A DNA stretch of 64,000 nt from Eledone cirrhosa (taxonomy: Eukaryota). Below the pieces are notes generated by a model that was not told where the DNA came from, did not search any database, and saw nothing but the letters and a program-made list of their open reading frames with translations. The translations under genes were made by a program, and so were the position numbers. This document shows, piece after piece, positions 13,244 to 31,460 of this stretch. Numbering within the stretch: position 1 is the stretch's first letter; the number at the start of each line of letters is the position of its first letter. The stretch lies in contig CAXHJY010001349.1 in the NCBI GenBank assembly GCA_964016885.1, positions 25,859 to 89,858 on the forward strand, given 5' to 3'.

Positions 13244-13448
13244 CATATATATACATATATATATACATATATATACATATATATACATATATATACATAT
13301 ATATATATACATATATATATATACATATATATATATACATATATATATATATACATATATATATATACATATATATATATATACATATATATATATACAT
13401 ATACATATACATATATACATATATATATATACATATACATATATATAC

Positions 13449-13517
<69 letters not shown>

Positions 13518-13655
13518 CATATAAACTAACCACGGAGCTTGAGGCAATCCATATATATATACATATATATATATACATATATATATATCATATATATATA
13601 TACATACACATATATATATACATATACATATATATATATACATATATACATATAC

Positions 13656-13703
<48 letters not shown>

Positions 13704-13735
13704 ATACATATATATATATACATATATATACATAC

Positions 13736-13766
<31 letters not shown>

Positions 13767-13860
13767 CATATATATACATACATATATATATATACATATA
13801 TATACATACATATATATATATACATATATATACATACATATATATACATATATATACATA

Positions 13861-13894
<34 letters not shown>

Positions 13895-13915
13895 CACACA
13901 TATATATACATATAT

Positions 13916-13946
<31 letters not shown>

Positions 13947-14101
13947 TATATGTACATATATATACATATAAATACATATACATATATATACATATATATA
14001 CATATACATATATATACATATATATATACATATATATACATATATATATATACATATATATACATATATATACATATATATATATATATACATATATATA
14101 C

Positions 14102-14170
<69 letters not shown>

Positions 14171-14172
14171 CA

Positions 14173-14204
<32 letters not shown>

Positions 14205-14207
14205 CAC

Positions 14208-14272
<65 letters not shown>

Positions 14273-14317
14273 CATATATATATACACATATATATATATA
14301 TATACATATATATATAC

Positions 14318-14348
<31 letters not shown>

Positions 14349-14425
14349 CATATATATACATATATATACATATATATATATACATATATATATATACATA
14401 TATATATATACATATATATATATAC

Positions 14426-14474
<49 letters not shown>

Positions 14475-14557
14475 CATATATATATACATATATATATATA
14501 TACATATATATATATACATATATATATATACATATATATATATACATATATATATAT
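12121..14557. repeat. TA-type microsatellites (12121-12765, 13097-14557) with short embedded inserts
   Basis: Direct reading. Confidence 0.95.
12766..12936. repeat. Fold-back inverted repeat (12766-12847 / 12855-12936) with an HHR remnant at the apex
   Basis: Minus strand across the apex: UUGAGAA GCCC aacu GGGC GAAA CGUACG UA GGUGU. Confidence 0.85.
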
Positions 14558-15566
14558 CATAAAATGTCTATAGAATCACAAGATAAAATATAAACTATTT
14601 CCTCTTCCAATTAGCACAATTAACTATATAAGGAATCGAATAGACCAGGCTATACGAATGAGGCTTCTATGAAGGAATCTCCGACAAATAACCGAAAGTA
14701 GCGCTTCGCGCCGGCCGTAGCGGAATATTTATCGAATATTTCGACAGCGTAATCGCCTAGATATAGTCAACTAAACAGAATTAGGTTTAAAATACACTTG
14801 GAGAAAAGAGAATACATGTAAATACCTCTACCATGGTTTCGTCCGTGTTTTGAGTTTTCCAATAATTATGTAATAATTATATAAACTCGAGCGCCGGATT
14901 CTTCAGGAAGCTCGCTCACATCTAGACATTAAATTTTCCAGAACGATTGCGCCAAGAATTCATTTCAAAATGGCTAAAAATCGTGACGCAGTCGCGGTAA
15001 AGTTGGAAGGGGTGTGGTAGTTGCTTACGACTGGTGGCATTTTTGCGAGAAAGCACAGCACAATACAGCCAAATTTGTATCTCAACCTAGTGGGAGATTA
15101 TTACATATAAAAGTTTACATATATATATACATACAGATACATATACGTGTTTTGCAACTGGTCACTTTGTGGCACAATGAAAAATTAATAAATTAAACAA
15201 TCAGAGCTATATATCATAAAACATGTCTATAGAATCACAAGATAAAATATAAACTATTTCCTCTCCGAATTAGCATAATTAACTATATAAGAAATCGAAT
15301 AGACCATGCTATACGAATGAGGCTTCTATGAAGGAATCTCCGACAAATAACCGAAAGGAGCGCTTCGCGTCGGCCGTAGCCGAATATTTATCGAATATTT
15401 CGACAGCGTAATCGCCTAGATATAGTCAACTAAACAGAATTAGGTTTAAAATAAAGTAGGAGAAAATAGAATACATTTAAAAACCTCTACCATGGTTTCG
15501 TCCGTGTTTTGAGTTTTCCAATAATTATGTAATAATTATATAAACTCGAGCGCCGGATTCTTCAGG
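14558..15566 (-). mobile_element. Tandem repeat, ~659-bp unit x1.5, HHR-bearing (retrozyme or PLE pLTR)
   Basis: tagaatcaca at 14571 and 15230; HHR core in both copies. Confidence 0.75.
14824..14911 (-). ncRNA. Type I hammerhead ribozyme with long stem II
   Basis: GCUUC CUGAAGA AUCCG...CGGAC GAAA CCAUGG UA GAGGU; second copy 15483-15566 lacks the 5' strand of stem I. Confidence 0.7.
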
Positions 15567-15632
15567 TATATATATACATATATATATATATACATATATA
15601 TAAAATATATATATATATATACATATATATAC

Positions 15633-15681
<49 letters not shown>

Positions 15682-15721
15682 CATACACATATATATATAT
15701 AAATACATATATATATACATA

Positions 15722-15759
<38 letters not shown>

Positions 15760-15812
15760 CATATATATACATACATATATATACAAACATATATATACAT
15801 ACATATATATAC

Positions 15813-15849
<37 letters not shown>

Positions 15850-16560
15850 CATATATATATACATATATATACATATATATACATATATATACATATATAT
15901 ACATATATATACATATATATACATACATATATATATACATATATATACATATATATACATACATATATATATATATACATATATATACATATATATACAT
16001 ATACATACATATATATACATATACATACATATACATATACATACATATATATACAGACATACATACATATACATGACATACATATCTATACATACATATC
16101 TATACATACATATCTATACATACATATCTATACATACATATCTATACATACATATCTATACATACATATATATACATACATATCTATACATACATATACA
16201 TACATATCTATACATACATATATATACATATATATATACATACATATATATATAAATACATATATATATATACACACATATATATATATACATACATATA
16301 TATCCATACATATATATACATACATATATATCCATACATATATATACATACAAATATATATATATACATATATATATATATACACATATATATATATACA
16401 TACATATATATATACATACATATATATATATACATATATATATATACATATACATATATATACATATACATATATATACATATACATATATATATATATA
16501 CATATACATATATATACATATAGATATATATATACATATATATATATATACATATACATA
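15567..16560. repeat. TA/TACA microsatellite
   Basis: Direct reading. Confidence 0.97.
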
Positions 16561-18314
16561 TCCATTAATATCCTCGTGATATTTAATGTTTTTCACCGTG
16601 AAACTGTACAGTTAGGGCCATTTGAATAGGTAAATATTTATATTATATTTTTTAATTTTGATTAATTTTAATTGTATATTAATTTTGATTTATTTTGAAA
16701 AATTGGTTGAATTTTACTTGTTCTGCTTATCGATATTAAGTTCTGGTATATCAAATTATTACCATAGAACCACCTTAAATCATAGACACACTATATATTT
16801 CCGGGGGTACATTGTACCCTCAGATATATATTAACCTTATTCAATAATCTCCAGTATGTAGAGATACAAATTTGTCGTTCTATTTAGTTACTAAAAATCT
16901 TTTTTTTTAGTGGCGATTATAGACGGCGAGTCTACGATTTCCCCCCTTCACTATACACCAATGTATTTACGGGTCACTTTCACGACCTTTTAGACCTGTA
17001 TTAGTTGGTGTGAGGTCATATATTTTGTCGTTTCTGGGGTTTTTAACCCTAGGACAGGAAAATGCTTCTCTGATGATCGTTGCTTTTCCATTAATATCCT
17101 CGTGATATTTAATGTTTTGCACCGTGAAACTGTACAGTTAGGGCCATTTGAATAGGTAAATATTTATATTATATTTTTTAATTTTGATTAATTTTAATTG
17201 TATATTAATTTTGATTTATTTTGAAAAATTGGTTGAATTTTACTTGTTCTGCTTATCTCGAAATTAAGTTCTGGTATATCAAATTATTACCATAGAACCA
17301 CCTTAAATCATAGACACACTATATATTTCCGGGGGTACATTGTACCCTCAGATATATATTAACCTTATTCAATAATCTCCAGTATGTAGAGATACAAATT
17401 TGTCGTTCTATTTAGTTACTAAAAATCTTTTTTTTTAGTGGCGATTATAGACGGCGAGTCTACGATTTCCCCCCTTCACTATACACCAATGTATTTACGG
17501 GTCACTTTCACGACCTTTTAGACCTGTATTAGTTGGTGTGAGGTCATATATTTTGTCGTTTCTGGGGTTTTTAACCCTAGGACAGGAAAATGCTTCTCTG
17601 ATGATCGTTGCTTTTCCATTAATATCCTCGTGATATTTAATGTTTTGCACCGTGAAACTGTACAGTTAGGGCCATTTGAATAGGTAAATATTTATATTAT
17701 ATTTTTTAATTTTGATTAATTTTAATTGTATATTAATTTTGATTTATTTTGAAAAATTGGTTGAATTTTACTTGTTCTGCTTATCTCGAAATTAAGTTCT
17801 GGTATATCAAATTATTACCATAGAACCACCTTAAATCATAGACACACTATATATTTCCGGGGGTACATTGTACCCTCAGATATATATTAACCTTATTCAA
17901 TAATCTCCAGTATGTAGAGATACAAATTTGTCGTTCTATTTAGTTACTAAAAATCTTTTTTTTTAGTGGCGATTATAGACGGCGAGTCTACGATTTCCCC
18001 CCTTCACTATACACCAATGTATTTACGGGTCACTTTCACGACCTTTTAGACCTGTATTAGTTGGAGTGAGGTCATATATTTTGTCGTTCCTGGGGTTTTT
18101 AACCCTAGGACAGGAAAATGCTTCTCTGATGATCGTTGCTTTTCCATTAATATCCTCGTGATATTTAATGTTTTGCACCGTGAAACTGTACAGTTAGGGC
18201 CATTTGAATAGGTAAATATTTATATTATATTTTTTAAATTTGATTAATTTTAATTGTATATTAATTTTGATTTATTTTGAAAAATTGGTTGAATTTTACT
18301 TGTTCTGCTTATCT

Positions 18315-18316
<2 letters not shown>
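16561..18316 (+). mobile_element. Tandem array, 528-bp unit x3.3, one HHR per unit (retrozyme-like)
   Basis: ctgatga at 17070, 17598 and 18126; near-identical non-coding units; TA tracts on both sides. Confidence 0.85.
17060..17149 (+). ncRNA. Type I hammerhead ribozyme (copies also at 17588-17677 and 18116-18205)
   Basis: AAAUGCUUCU CUGAUGA UCGUUGC...GCACCGU GAAA CUGUACAG UU AGGGCCAUUU; palindromic stem III, GUU triplet. Confidence 0.75.
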
Positions 18317-18999
<683 letters not shown>

Positions 19000-19000
<1 letters not shown>

Positions 19001-19146
19001 TGTTATATTTGGGGAGGGTCATATTTGCGTAATATTGCCAGAATTAATAACAGAACACACTCACTGTTTGGTTGGTTTTCGCTTCTCGCTGTCTTTTATA
19101 TATATATATCTGCGATCTAACTTACTCGGTCCTCAATGTTGCCATT
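19000..19146. repeat. Dispersed ~140-bp repeat (also 24597-24735; related end inverted at ~45370-45400)
   Basis: ttgttatatttggggagggtcatatttgcg...ctcaatgttgccatt repeated. Confidence 0.85.
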
Positions 19147-19220
19147 GACTGACCGGCGGTCAAAAATAATACAGATACAATATAGACAAACACATATATA
19201 TATAGTTTACATAATTTACA

Positions 19221-19260
19221 TAAATCTTTCGTTGCACATCTGCAACATCGTCAGTGGTGT
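19221..19260 (-). ncRNA. Partial hammerhead in the PLE 3' region
   Basis: ACACCA CUGACGA U GUUGCA gaug UGCAAC GAAA GAUUUA; stem I 3' strand largely missing. Confidence 0.5.
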
Positions 19261-19528
19261 TATATTCATTGTTCCTCCTGTTGTGTTGTATGTCTACGCC
19301 ATTTTTTTTTTGTTCAGTCTGTCTATATATTTATTTATTTATTTGCTTGTTTGTTTATCTTATTTTATTTTGTCTTCTTTGCGCATGCGTTTGCGTGTGT
19401 GTATAGTGTTATGTGTGATGTGTGACTAGTGTGTATAGTGTTGTGTCTGCTGGGTGACTAGTGTGTGTTTATGTGCTTGTGTATGTATTTATTTATCTTA
19501 TTTAATTTAATTTAATTTACTTATTTAT

Positions 19529-20608
19529 TTATACTTCTCTTAGGTCAGTGTTGTTTGTTTGGGTGTTGTTGTTGTTCCACTCATTCTTTCTGTTTAGCTT
19601 TGGTCTTCTAATTTCTATTTCACTGGCCTCTCTGATTTGCCTATCTGCTGGGTCATTCCTATGTTTAGATATTATTCTAATTTCTATGTTGTCTATGTTA
19701 CCGTCATGTTGTTGTCTAGCATGTTCGTATAGTACTGACCCGTTTTTTCGTCCTTTTAGTTCCCCCCAGTGTTGGTCTATCCTTTCACCTATGCTACGAG
19801 CTGTCTCACCTATGTATGTTTTTGTCGTGTTTCTGCAAGTACCCTCTGTACATCTTATGCTATAGACTACGTTTCTAGTTTTACAGTTTATCCGGGGGTT
19901 CACCTTACATATGATACATTTCCTATTGGTACAGTGGGTTTTCTTAAAAGGGTAGGTTTTGCTGATCAGGGATTTTATGGTGGTTCCTGGCTTTTCTACC
20001 ACATTTATTTTTAAGTGGGTCTTTCTCAGGGCCTTTCTACACTGGTTAGCTAATTTCCCTCCAGGGGTGGCGTCCACAAACATGACACTCTGATATCTCT
20101 GGTTGTCGTACCATGATGTGGCCTTCCCTATCTTATGTCTAGCCCTATCTAAGCTATTCCATGATTTGCTCCTGTATAGTGGGCAAATTCCTTTCATGTC
20201 CAGTTCTATGAGGGTCTTATACTTTTCCATGGCTCCTTCGTATACTCTGACTCTGTCTCTTTGGTTGTAGCCAGAGAACTGCATGCGGTTGATGAAGTGT
20301 TGGATGTGTCCTTCCATTTCTGTTGGGTCGCACATGCTGGACACATTCTTCATCACTCGTACCAAATCTGCGATCAGAATATTAAACTTAGCACTACTGG
20401 ACATTGCTGAGTTTTTTAGTATCAGGTATTTGGAGGCCATGGGTTTAGCATAGTGTGAGTGGAGAATTTGGGCTCTCTCGTCTATAGTGTTAATCCAGAA
20501 TTCTGTGTCTAATACAGGTAGTCTATTGTTAGGGTGTTTGGAAGGGAAGTCTATAGTTACAGTTATACTCTGGTGTATGGAATTAGCTATCTGCTGGATG
20601 CTTTCCAT
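19529..20608 (-). pseudogene. PLE ORF 3' part: RT thumb, linker and GIY-YIG endonuclease
   Basis: 359-aa ORF with VVY...YIGET.R motif; upstream RT part lies in other frames. Confidence 0.85.
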
Positions 20609-21080
20609 CGTGCTACGTTATAAATCAAACTTGTTAGTGCTCCCTAGTGGGGGTGTTCTTATAGCTATATTGATATCGTCTACATAACGAGAGTACATGA
20701 TGAGGTCTATGGAGCTTTCATTAAGGAGATCTTTAAGTCTCCTTTCCCATGAAAAGGTTGGCAACATCACCAGCTATGCTGACGCCGATGGCTGCTCCCT
20801 CATTTTGGGTGTAGATTTTCTCATTGAACTTAAATATGTGGCCCTTTAGGGTAGTTTTGATACTAGCCCCTATTGCATGTGCGACCATTTTTCTTACCTG
20901 ATCAGTGTTTTGGGGGGTCCGTATAGCTTTGGTCCACCCAATCCACCTTCCTATGGGAGTCTTTTTAGCCATTGAGGTTATGGTGGGGGGTCTACCTCTT
21001 ATAGGTCTACTAGGGCAGAAACGTCTAAGGTCATGGCTGTCTAGGTAGTCAGTGTCGTAGGTAAGTCTAAGTAGGAGGCC

Positions 21081-24010
<2,930 letters not shown>

Positions 24011-24060
24011 CAATTAAGATAAAACGAAACGAAATTTAATTTCGTTTCGTTATTTGTTTT

Positions 24061-24150
<90 letters not shown>

Positions 24151-24301
24151 TATTTTTATTTTTATCCTGTAACCTTTATATGTAAATTGCCATGCTATAT
24201 CATTTGATGAATGTCACCCCACTGTTGATCAATATGCGCATATGTTTTATATGTCTCTTGGGTTGAAAAGGAGGTCAAGTATGTTATAGATCAGTAAATA
24301 G

Positions 24302-24350
24302 TTGCTCCGAAGAATCCAAACCTCGGTTTGGAGGAAACAATTGTAAGCAA
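24302..24350 (+). ncRNA. Minimal type I hammerhead with U4->C core change
   Basis: UUGCU CCGAAGA AUCCAAACC uc GGUUUGGAG GAAA CAAUUG UA AGCAA. Confidence 0.6.
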
Positions 24351-24387
24351 ATAAATGACTTAAACTGAACTTTGATTATTGTAATCT

Positions 24388-25600
<1,213 letters not shown>

Positions 25601-25768
25601 ATTATTTCAAAATATTAATAAATATAGACATTCATGTAATCAAATATACTTTATTATATATATTTGGGATGTACTGTGCTGTTTCCTCAGTACGTCCTCA
25701 TAAGATAAAATACATAAATTGTTGTATGACATACCTCAACTGTGCTGATGGTTCAATTCCTGTCTTGG

Positions 25769-25817
<49 letters not shown>

Positions 25818-26778
25818 TATACATATATATATACAGACACACACATATATATATATGTATATATAAAGTAAAGAAAATTAACCAAGTGAGGACAAGACAA
25901 CGAACGGAAACAAAACAAAACGAAAAACAATTTTTATGGGGAAACCTTAAATAATTATTTAAAAAAAATAAAAATACGATCGAAGGATAAATAATTCAAT
26001 GGTCATCAGCAGCTGTAATGGACTTGGGCAGTTTCGATCCCTACCAATGGTACTGCTGTTCCATCCTGGCTGACAACGTCTGACACAAGCCAAATGCTGT
26101 CCTGTGAGGTAAGAGACGAGTGACAATACATTAATTTATAGCAATTAAGCTACAATACCTATATATATAGGTATTAAATGCTATGAGATATGTTGGTTTC
26201 ACTTGATAGTTTCTAGATAATAAATTTCAAGGCATATTTCAAATGCGCCCTCTGGACAAAACGGTGATGGTGTTGAAGTGAAGAACAAATTAGAAACACT
26301 AACTTCATCAATCACCCACCTTAGGGGTCCCTTCCCTTAGCAGGATACACTCATCACGAATTTGTTGGCGGAAAACGGCAGATCGTGGACTGAGGATATG
26401 AGCGGTGTTAGTGGCAACTGAGAGGTAAAGGGCGTGATGGCTCGCGAAAATCCCGGTATTTATCATCTTCTTTTCCTCTTCTTACGGGTAGAGTTTCCTG
26501 CTATCTCAAGAGATATTTGCTTTTCATGGTAAATCACAACTCAGCCTAAAGTTAAGCATTTGTTACAAAATCGCCATACCAGCGTTTTACAACATATGAA
26601 GGCTGTGTATGTTGTAAATGACAAAATGGTTATCTAAAACATACATATTTGTTGTCTCTTGAGTTGCTGTAACGCACAGTTTATATAGCGGGAATTTTAG
26701 TAGCAATAACTGTCCACCTATTAATTCTAGTACTATGCAAATAAAGACCCATACATAACCTCCCCACGCACATACATT

Positions 26779-26780
<2 letters not shown>

Positions 26781-26856
<76 letters not shown>
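26781..26856. repeat. (CA)n microsatellite
   Basis: Direct reading. Confidence 0.97.
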
Positions 26857-26860
<4 letters not shown>

Positions 26861-27954
26861 TATATATATATATTACTATGTAATAAGCAATATTATATTG
26901 TGTTTTTATTACATAATTAAATAGCTCTGTACTATACTTAGAACACTCTCCTTTCCTTTACCTTTTCCACGGAAATACTTAACATATATATATATATATA
27001 TATAATTGGTGTTGGATGCTTAAAGCGTCCGTATGCGGTAGGCCGTTTGAGCACGCGAATTAGGAAAATCTGCTTCGTAGAATTAAGACGTATCTGAGGA
27101 CATTGCGATTTTCAGAGTCAGGTTCGATCATCACATCGATCGTGCCTCGAGCTGGTCGCCAGAGAAACGATTGTAATATGTCCAATAAATTCCATTCGTC
27201 GCAATACTGATTCTCTTTTTTTCTGTTATATATATATTTCACAGGCGATACCCGCTGATGAAGCCGCATAAGCCGATTGTGCATTGTTGCATGATATATG
27301 TAGACAGATGGTGCAGTTCACCTTACTGCTGCATTAGTGCAGCAGAAACTCGAGTCTGGGAACCTTATAGGCACCCGTTTGCAAGCGACCTATCTTTTGA
27401 TATCAATTATATTCTTCGTATATTTATATATAGAAAGGAAAGAAAGAATAGAGAAATATAGAAAAAATAATATAGAAAAAAAATAGAAGGGGAGAAAGAA
27501 AGAAGAAAAGATCGGTAAGTGGAGGGGATGGCAAAGGTCTGGTGTTGAAGAAGTAGGGGGGGGGGTTGAAGGGAGTGGGTGATTGGGCTTTTTGCCTAGG
27601 GTAAGAGGGCAGAAGTGCTGCGCTCTGTTGACAAGATGGCAAAATCATTCCCCCAAACGATGGCCAGTGACACCAGCTGCAACAGCTACACACCCTCGTG
27701 GGACTACCTCCTCAGACGGGCCACCGATGTTCCGATCTTGCGGAGGAGCTCGGCAATACGGGGTCTAAGTACGCTTGAGGTCTTGAGGGCGACCGGTACG
27801 AAGAAGAAGCGGCCGGATAAGCCCCGGTATTTGTTTATTTTACGTTCTTCTGCGAGGTGGGCTAACAGACTTGAAAATGAACTTGAATTTACTTTTTATC
27901 ATCAATATATTTTAAAAGTAGCATTTATCCAACTTACTACTTTTCAACCCCGCA

Positions 27955-28475
27955 AAGCTCAACTTTGTATTTCACCCTTCCGAGGTTGATAAATTAAAGT
28001 ACCAGTAAAATGCTGGAGTCGATCAACTTTCCTCTTCCCTCAAATTCTGGCCTTTTGTCTAAATTAGAAACCATTATATTTGTGGATTGGCAGTATCGGT
28101 AGAGGGTCGGACGCCATGCTTTGATGCATAGAGTTACGGCCCTTGCCATTCTGAGTTCAAATCCCGCCGAGGTTAACTTTGCCTTTCATCCTTACGGATT
28201 CGATAAAATAAAGTACCAGTAATGCACTGGGTAATTGCTGGTCTTGTGCCAAACCTAGAAACAATTATATTTGTCGGTCTTCGAAATCTGTAGTTTGGCA
28301 GAGTCATAATACATAGAATGAAATGCACTGTAGTTTCCACTGTATTTTCCATGTTCAATCCCGCCGATGTTAACTTTGCCTTTTAACCTCCTGAGTTCGA
28401 TGAAATAAAGAATCAAAGAAGCATTGGGGTCGGTTTAAATTGTTGAGCTTGTGCCTAAATTTGAATTCATTTTAT
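27955..28475 (+). mobile_element. Cluster of three tRNA-derived SINE copies (octopus-type, Meta-like core)
   Basis: A-box tggcagtatcgg, B-box gagttcaaatcc, core ctttgcctttcatcctt..tcgataaaataaagtaccag, tail ttgtgccaaacctagaaacaattat; family name from memory. Confidence 0.8.
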
Positions 28476-29989
28476 TTGTCAATTTAGTTCTAGCCTCGTC
28501 TTGTATTCAAGAAAAGAGGAAATATATATTTGTGCGTATGCATGTATATACATTATAACGTTTTCTTTTTTATTGGACAGTGAAACAAAACTTTTAGTTT
28601 TATAGTAGAAGAGGGCGATTGATTGAAGATTAATTTACTTATTTATTCGATCTAGCCTGTAGATGCTAAGATAGTATAGAGGATAATTCTAAATTAATAC
28701 TAACCTTTTCTTACACATATATTCTGTTAAATTTCCAGGGACTAACCAAAGGCATCTGCTCTTTGTTATCCTACCACTCGATCTCTCACAATTCCAGTAC
28801 ACTATGTTTCATAGATTTTAATCTCTCTTCGTATTGTAAAATTCGCAACTCCTCCCTATAATTCTCATATATCTCGATTACGTTTCCGTGAAAATTTTCA
28901 GTATGTCTATCATCTTTTTGGTGAAAGAATATTTTCTAGGAGACTCATTAATACTTTCTCCCATTCAGTATATGGAATTGAAAGTTTCATATTTTCCGAA
29001 TTATGTTTAATAAAAAATATTTTGAAAAAAATACGTATATTGTGGCCTTTGGTGTTATTTGATAATTTCGGATAATCATCTTATTGAAACTTTCCACCGT
29101 AAAGTTATTTCTTAATTCTACTCAAACGAAAACGTATCTATTCTATCTATTAATTCTAGTGTCTAGTAGCTATGTTCTGTTGTGTTATGTAACCGTTCTC
29201 ATTCGTCACTTCCACAAAAATGATTATTGTTTTTATCAGACTCAAGGCTAATTTTATGTAAGCGAGGTTATTATTGCATTGAATCAACGAAAGTATATTA
29301 CAGTTCTTTAATTTATTTTTCTAGCAGAGATAAAAGGTAAATATATTTTAGTTTGAATTCATACCAGAACAAATAGACAGATGTGACATAGACCTTAATG
29401 CTGCTATCACTTAGCTTTAAATAAAAGCCATAATTTATGTGATCATTAAAAGTATTTTTTAAAGAAATGTATCTATTTCACTCTTTTACAAATTATTCAC
29501 TCTTCATTAAAGTTATGTTTTTGTCTAACGTATTAAAACATAAAATGAGTGAAATAACAAAAAAATAATTCTTTCCTTCAACAGGCGATGCTCGCCCAAT
29601 GATACAAGGAAATATTCTAAACACCACTTGATAAGTATGCCTTTGAGTTAACTTTGAAATTTTCTTTAGTTTTCTAGATATCATTCTATTGACATTGTTA
29701 GATTGCAGTATGTTGTGATTTTGAAGTATCTGAAAAAAAAGACACTTCTGAAAGAAACCTTCACTATCTTAGAAATAATCCCTCATTATGAAAACCGGAA
29801 ACTATTCTTCATATAACACAAACCACGCTAAAAGAAGGATGTCCAGAGAGAGTGGAAAACGTTCAATTCATCCTTTGATATGATTATTAGCAGTGCTAGC
29901 AAGCACTTTTGAGTGCAAGGCATGCTTTATGAATAATAGGTTGAGGCTAGAAATATGAGTCCTCTAACTCGGTACTGAACTTATAGTGG

Positions 29990-30900
29990 CTCCTGGGGTG
30001 CGTGGCGGCGGAAGGCCCTGAAACCCTCATCGACATCAAGTTTACAAAGGAGGACAGGTGGTCCGGGAATGGTTTGGAGTTTCTTCGCCAAATCAGACCC
30101 GAAGACGTGTACGAAATCCAGGTAGTCATGGAGGGCAAACGGCCACCACACTACTTCATTTGTGATGACGCCCCACACCTGCGAGTCTTTGCCCCCCCCC
30201 CCCCAGCTGAAAATTGCAGGGGGCCACAAACCTCCGTTGCTTGCTGCCAAGACTGGTGCCGGGACAAAAGACAACACCAGCACCAACAACAGCAACAGTA
30301 AAGGAAACAACACCACCTGCAACAACATCAGTAGCAACAACACCAACAAGGACTATTAAAACCACCAATGGAGACACCCAAACAGGCTCTCCCTCTTCCT
30401 CTTTTTCAAATACATGGACATGCCTCTCCTTGTGGCGGGGGACAGGTTACGTTGTTGAGGCGGCCCATTTATGCCAGTACCTTCTACGAAGAGGGATGGG
30501 CATGCCGTGGCTAATGATGCACAAACATGTACTGAGGCTGTTGCCGTGTGTAGAACGGATCCGTCTTTCGGCCGAGTCCATAGTGAAGAACGACCCACCG
30601 CCTACTTTTGTCCAGGAAGGGCAGGTAATTTTCCTCTGCCAGGTGGCGGTAGTGAAAGAGGTTGTCTGGTGGACCAGGTTGAAAGGATTGATGACAGACA
30701 CTTCTCTCTTCGGCCAATTCCTCATCAATTTTTTAAAAGTTTAACTTGGAAAGGAAGGCGAGGGCGGTGAGAGAAGTGCTGCTCCCAGTAAATTTGCTGA
30801 AAGATGGGTGAATGTGATGAGAATGACCTGTATGAAAGGGCCCTGCGCATGCCTCTGAGCATGCGCCTGTAAGCTGGTTAATTTGAGGGGGTGAGGGGAA
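29990..30900 (+). mobile_element. Degenerate, internally deleted L1/Tx1-like LINE remnant
   Basis: GC-rich island; VVMEGKRPPHYFICDDAPHL resembles a decayed ORF1 zinc knuckle; VAVVKEVVWWTRLKG resembles a Tx1-like ORF2 C-terminus. Confidence 0.4.
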
Positions 30901-31011
30901 CCCTTACCGGGTGTCCTCGAAGTGTTGGGTGGTCAGGTTTGGTGGGATACTTGAGTCGCCGCTGGGTGGTTATTCCCCCTATTAGGAAATTTCATTATTG
31001 TATTGCCAATA

Positions 31012-31460
31012 GGCGGTGGATTGGCAGTATCGGTAGAGGGTCGGTAGCCATGCTTTGACGTATAGAGTTACGGCCCTTGCCATTCTGAGTTCAAATCCCG
31101 CCTAGGTTAACTTTGCCTTTCAATCTTTACGGGGTCGATAAAATAAAGTACCAGTAATGTACTGAATAATTGCTGGCCTTGTGCCAAACGTAGAAACAAT
31201 TATTGTATTGCCAATAAATAAAACCTTTATTATTATTATTGTGTTGGATTGGCAGTATCGATATAGTTTCGGACATCATGCTTTTCAGCATAGAGTTACG
31301 GCCCTTTACGTTCAAATCCCGCTGAGGTTAATTTGCCTTTCATCCTTACGGGGCCGATAAAATAAACCAGTAAGGATGAAAGGCACAGCTAACCTCAGCG
31401 GAAATTGAACTCAGACCGCAAAGGGCCGTAACTCTATGCCGCAAAGCATGGTTACCGACT
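31012..31460. mobile_element. tRNA-SINE copies (31012-31183 +, 31245-31372 +, 31385-31460 - partial)
   Basis: Same A/B boxes and core as the 27955 cluster. Confidence 0.8.

Larger units (their letters stand above)
19200..21080 (-). mobile_element. 5'-truncated, frame-disrupted Penelope-like element (RT plus GIY-YIG)
   Basis: [17 protein letters not shown] (20733-21080), LIMYSRYVDDINI (~20670-20707), LPVLD thumb, Cys linker HCTNRKCIIC, NVVYSIRC...YIGETARSIGERIDQH. Confidence 0.9.

Noticed and set aside
27256-27290. CUGAUGA motif and possible acceptor/exon
   Set aside because: No GAAA and no recognisable peptide
28081-28170. tRNA genes at A/B-box motifs
   Set aside because: Continue into the SINE core and tail; no cloverleaf
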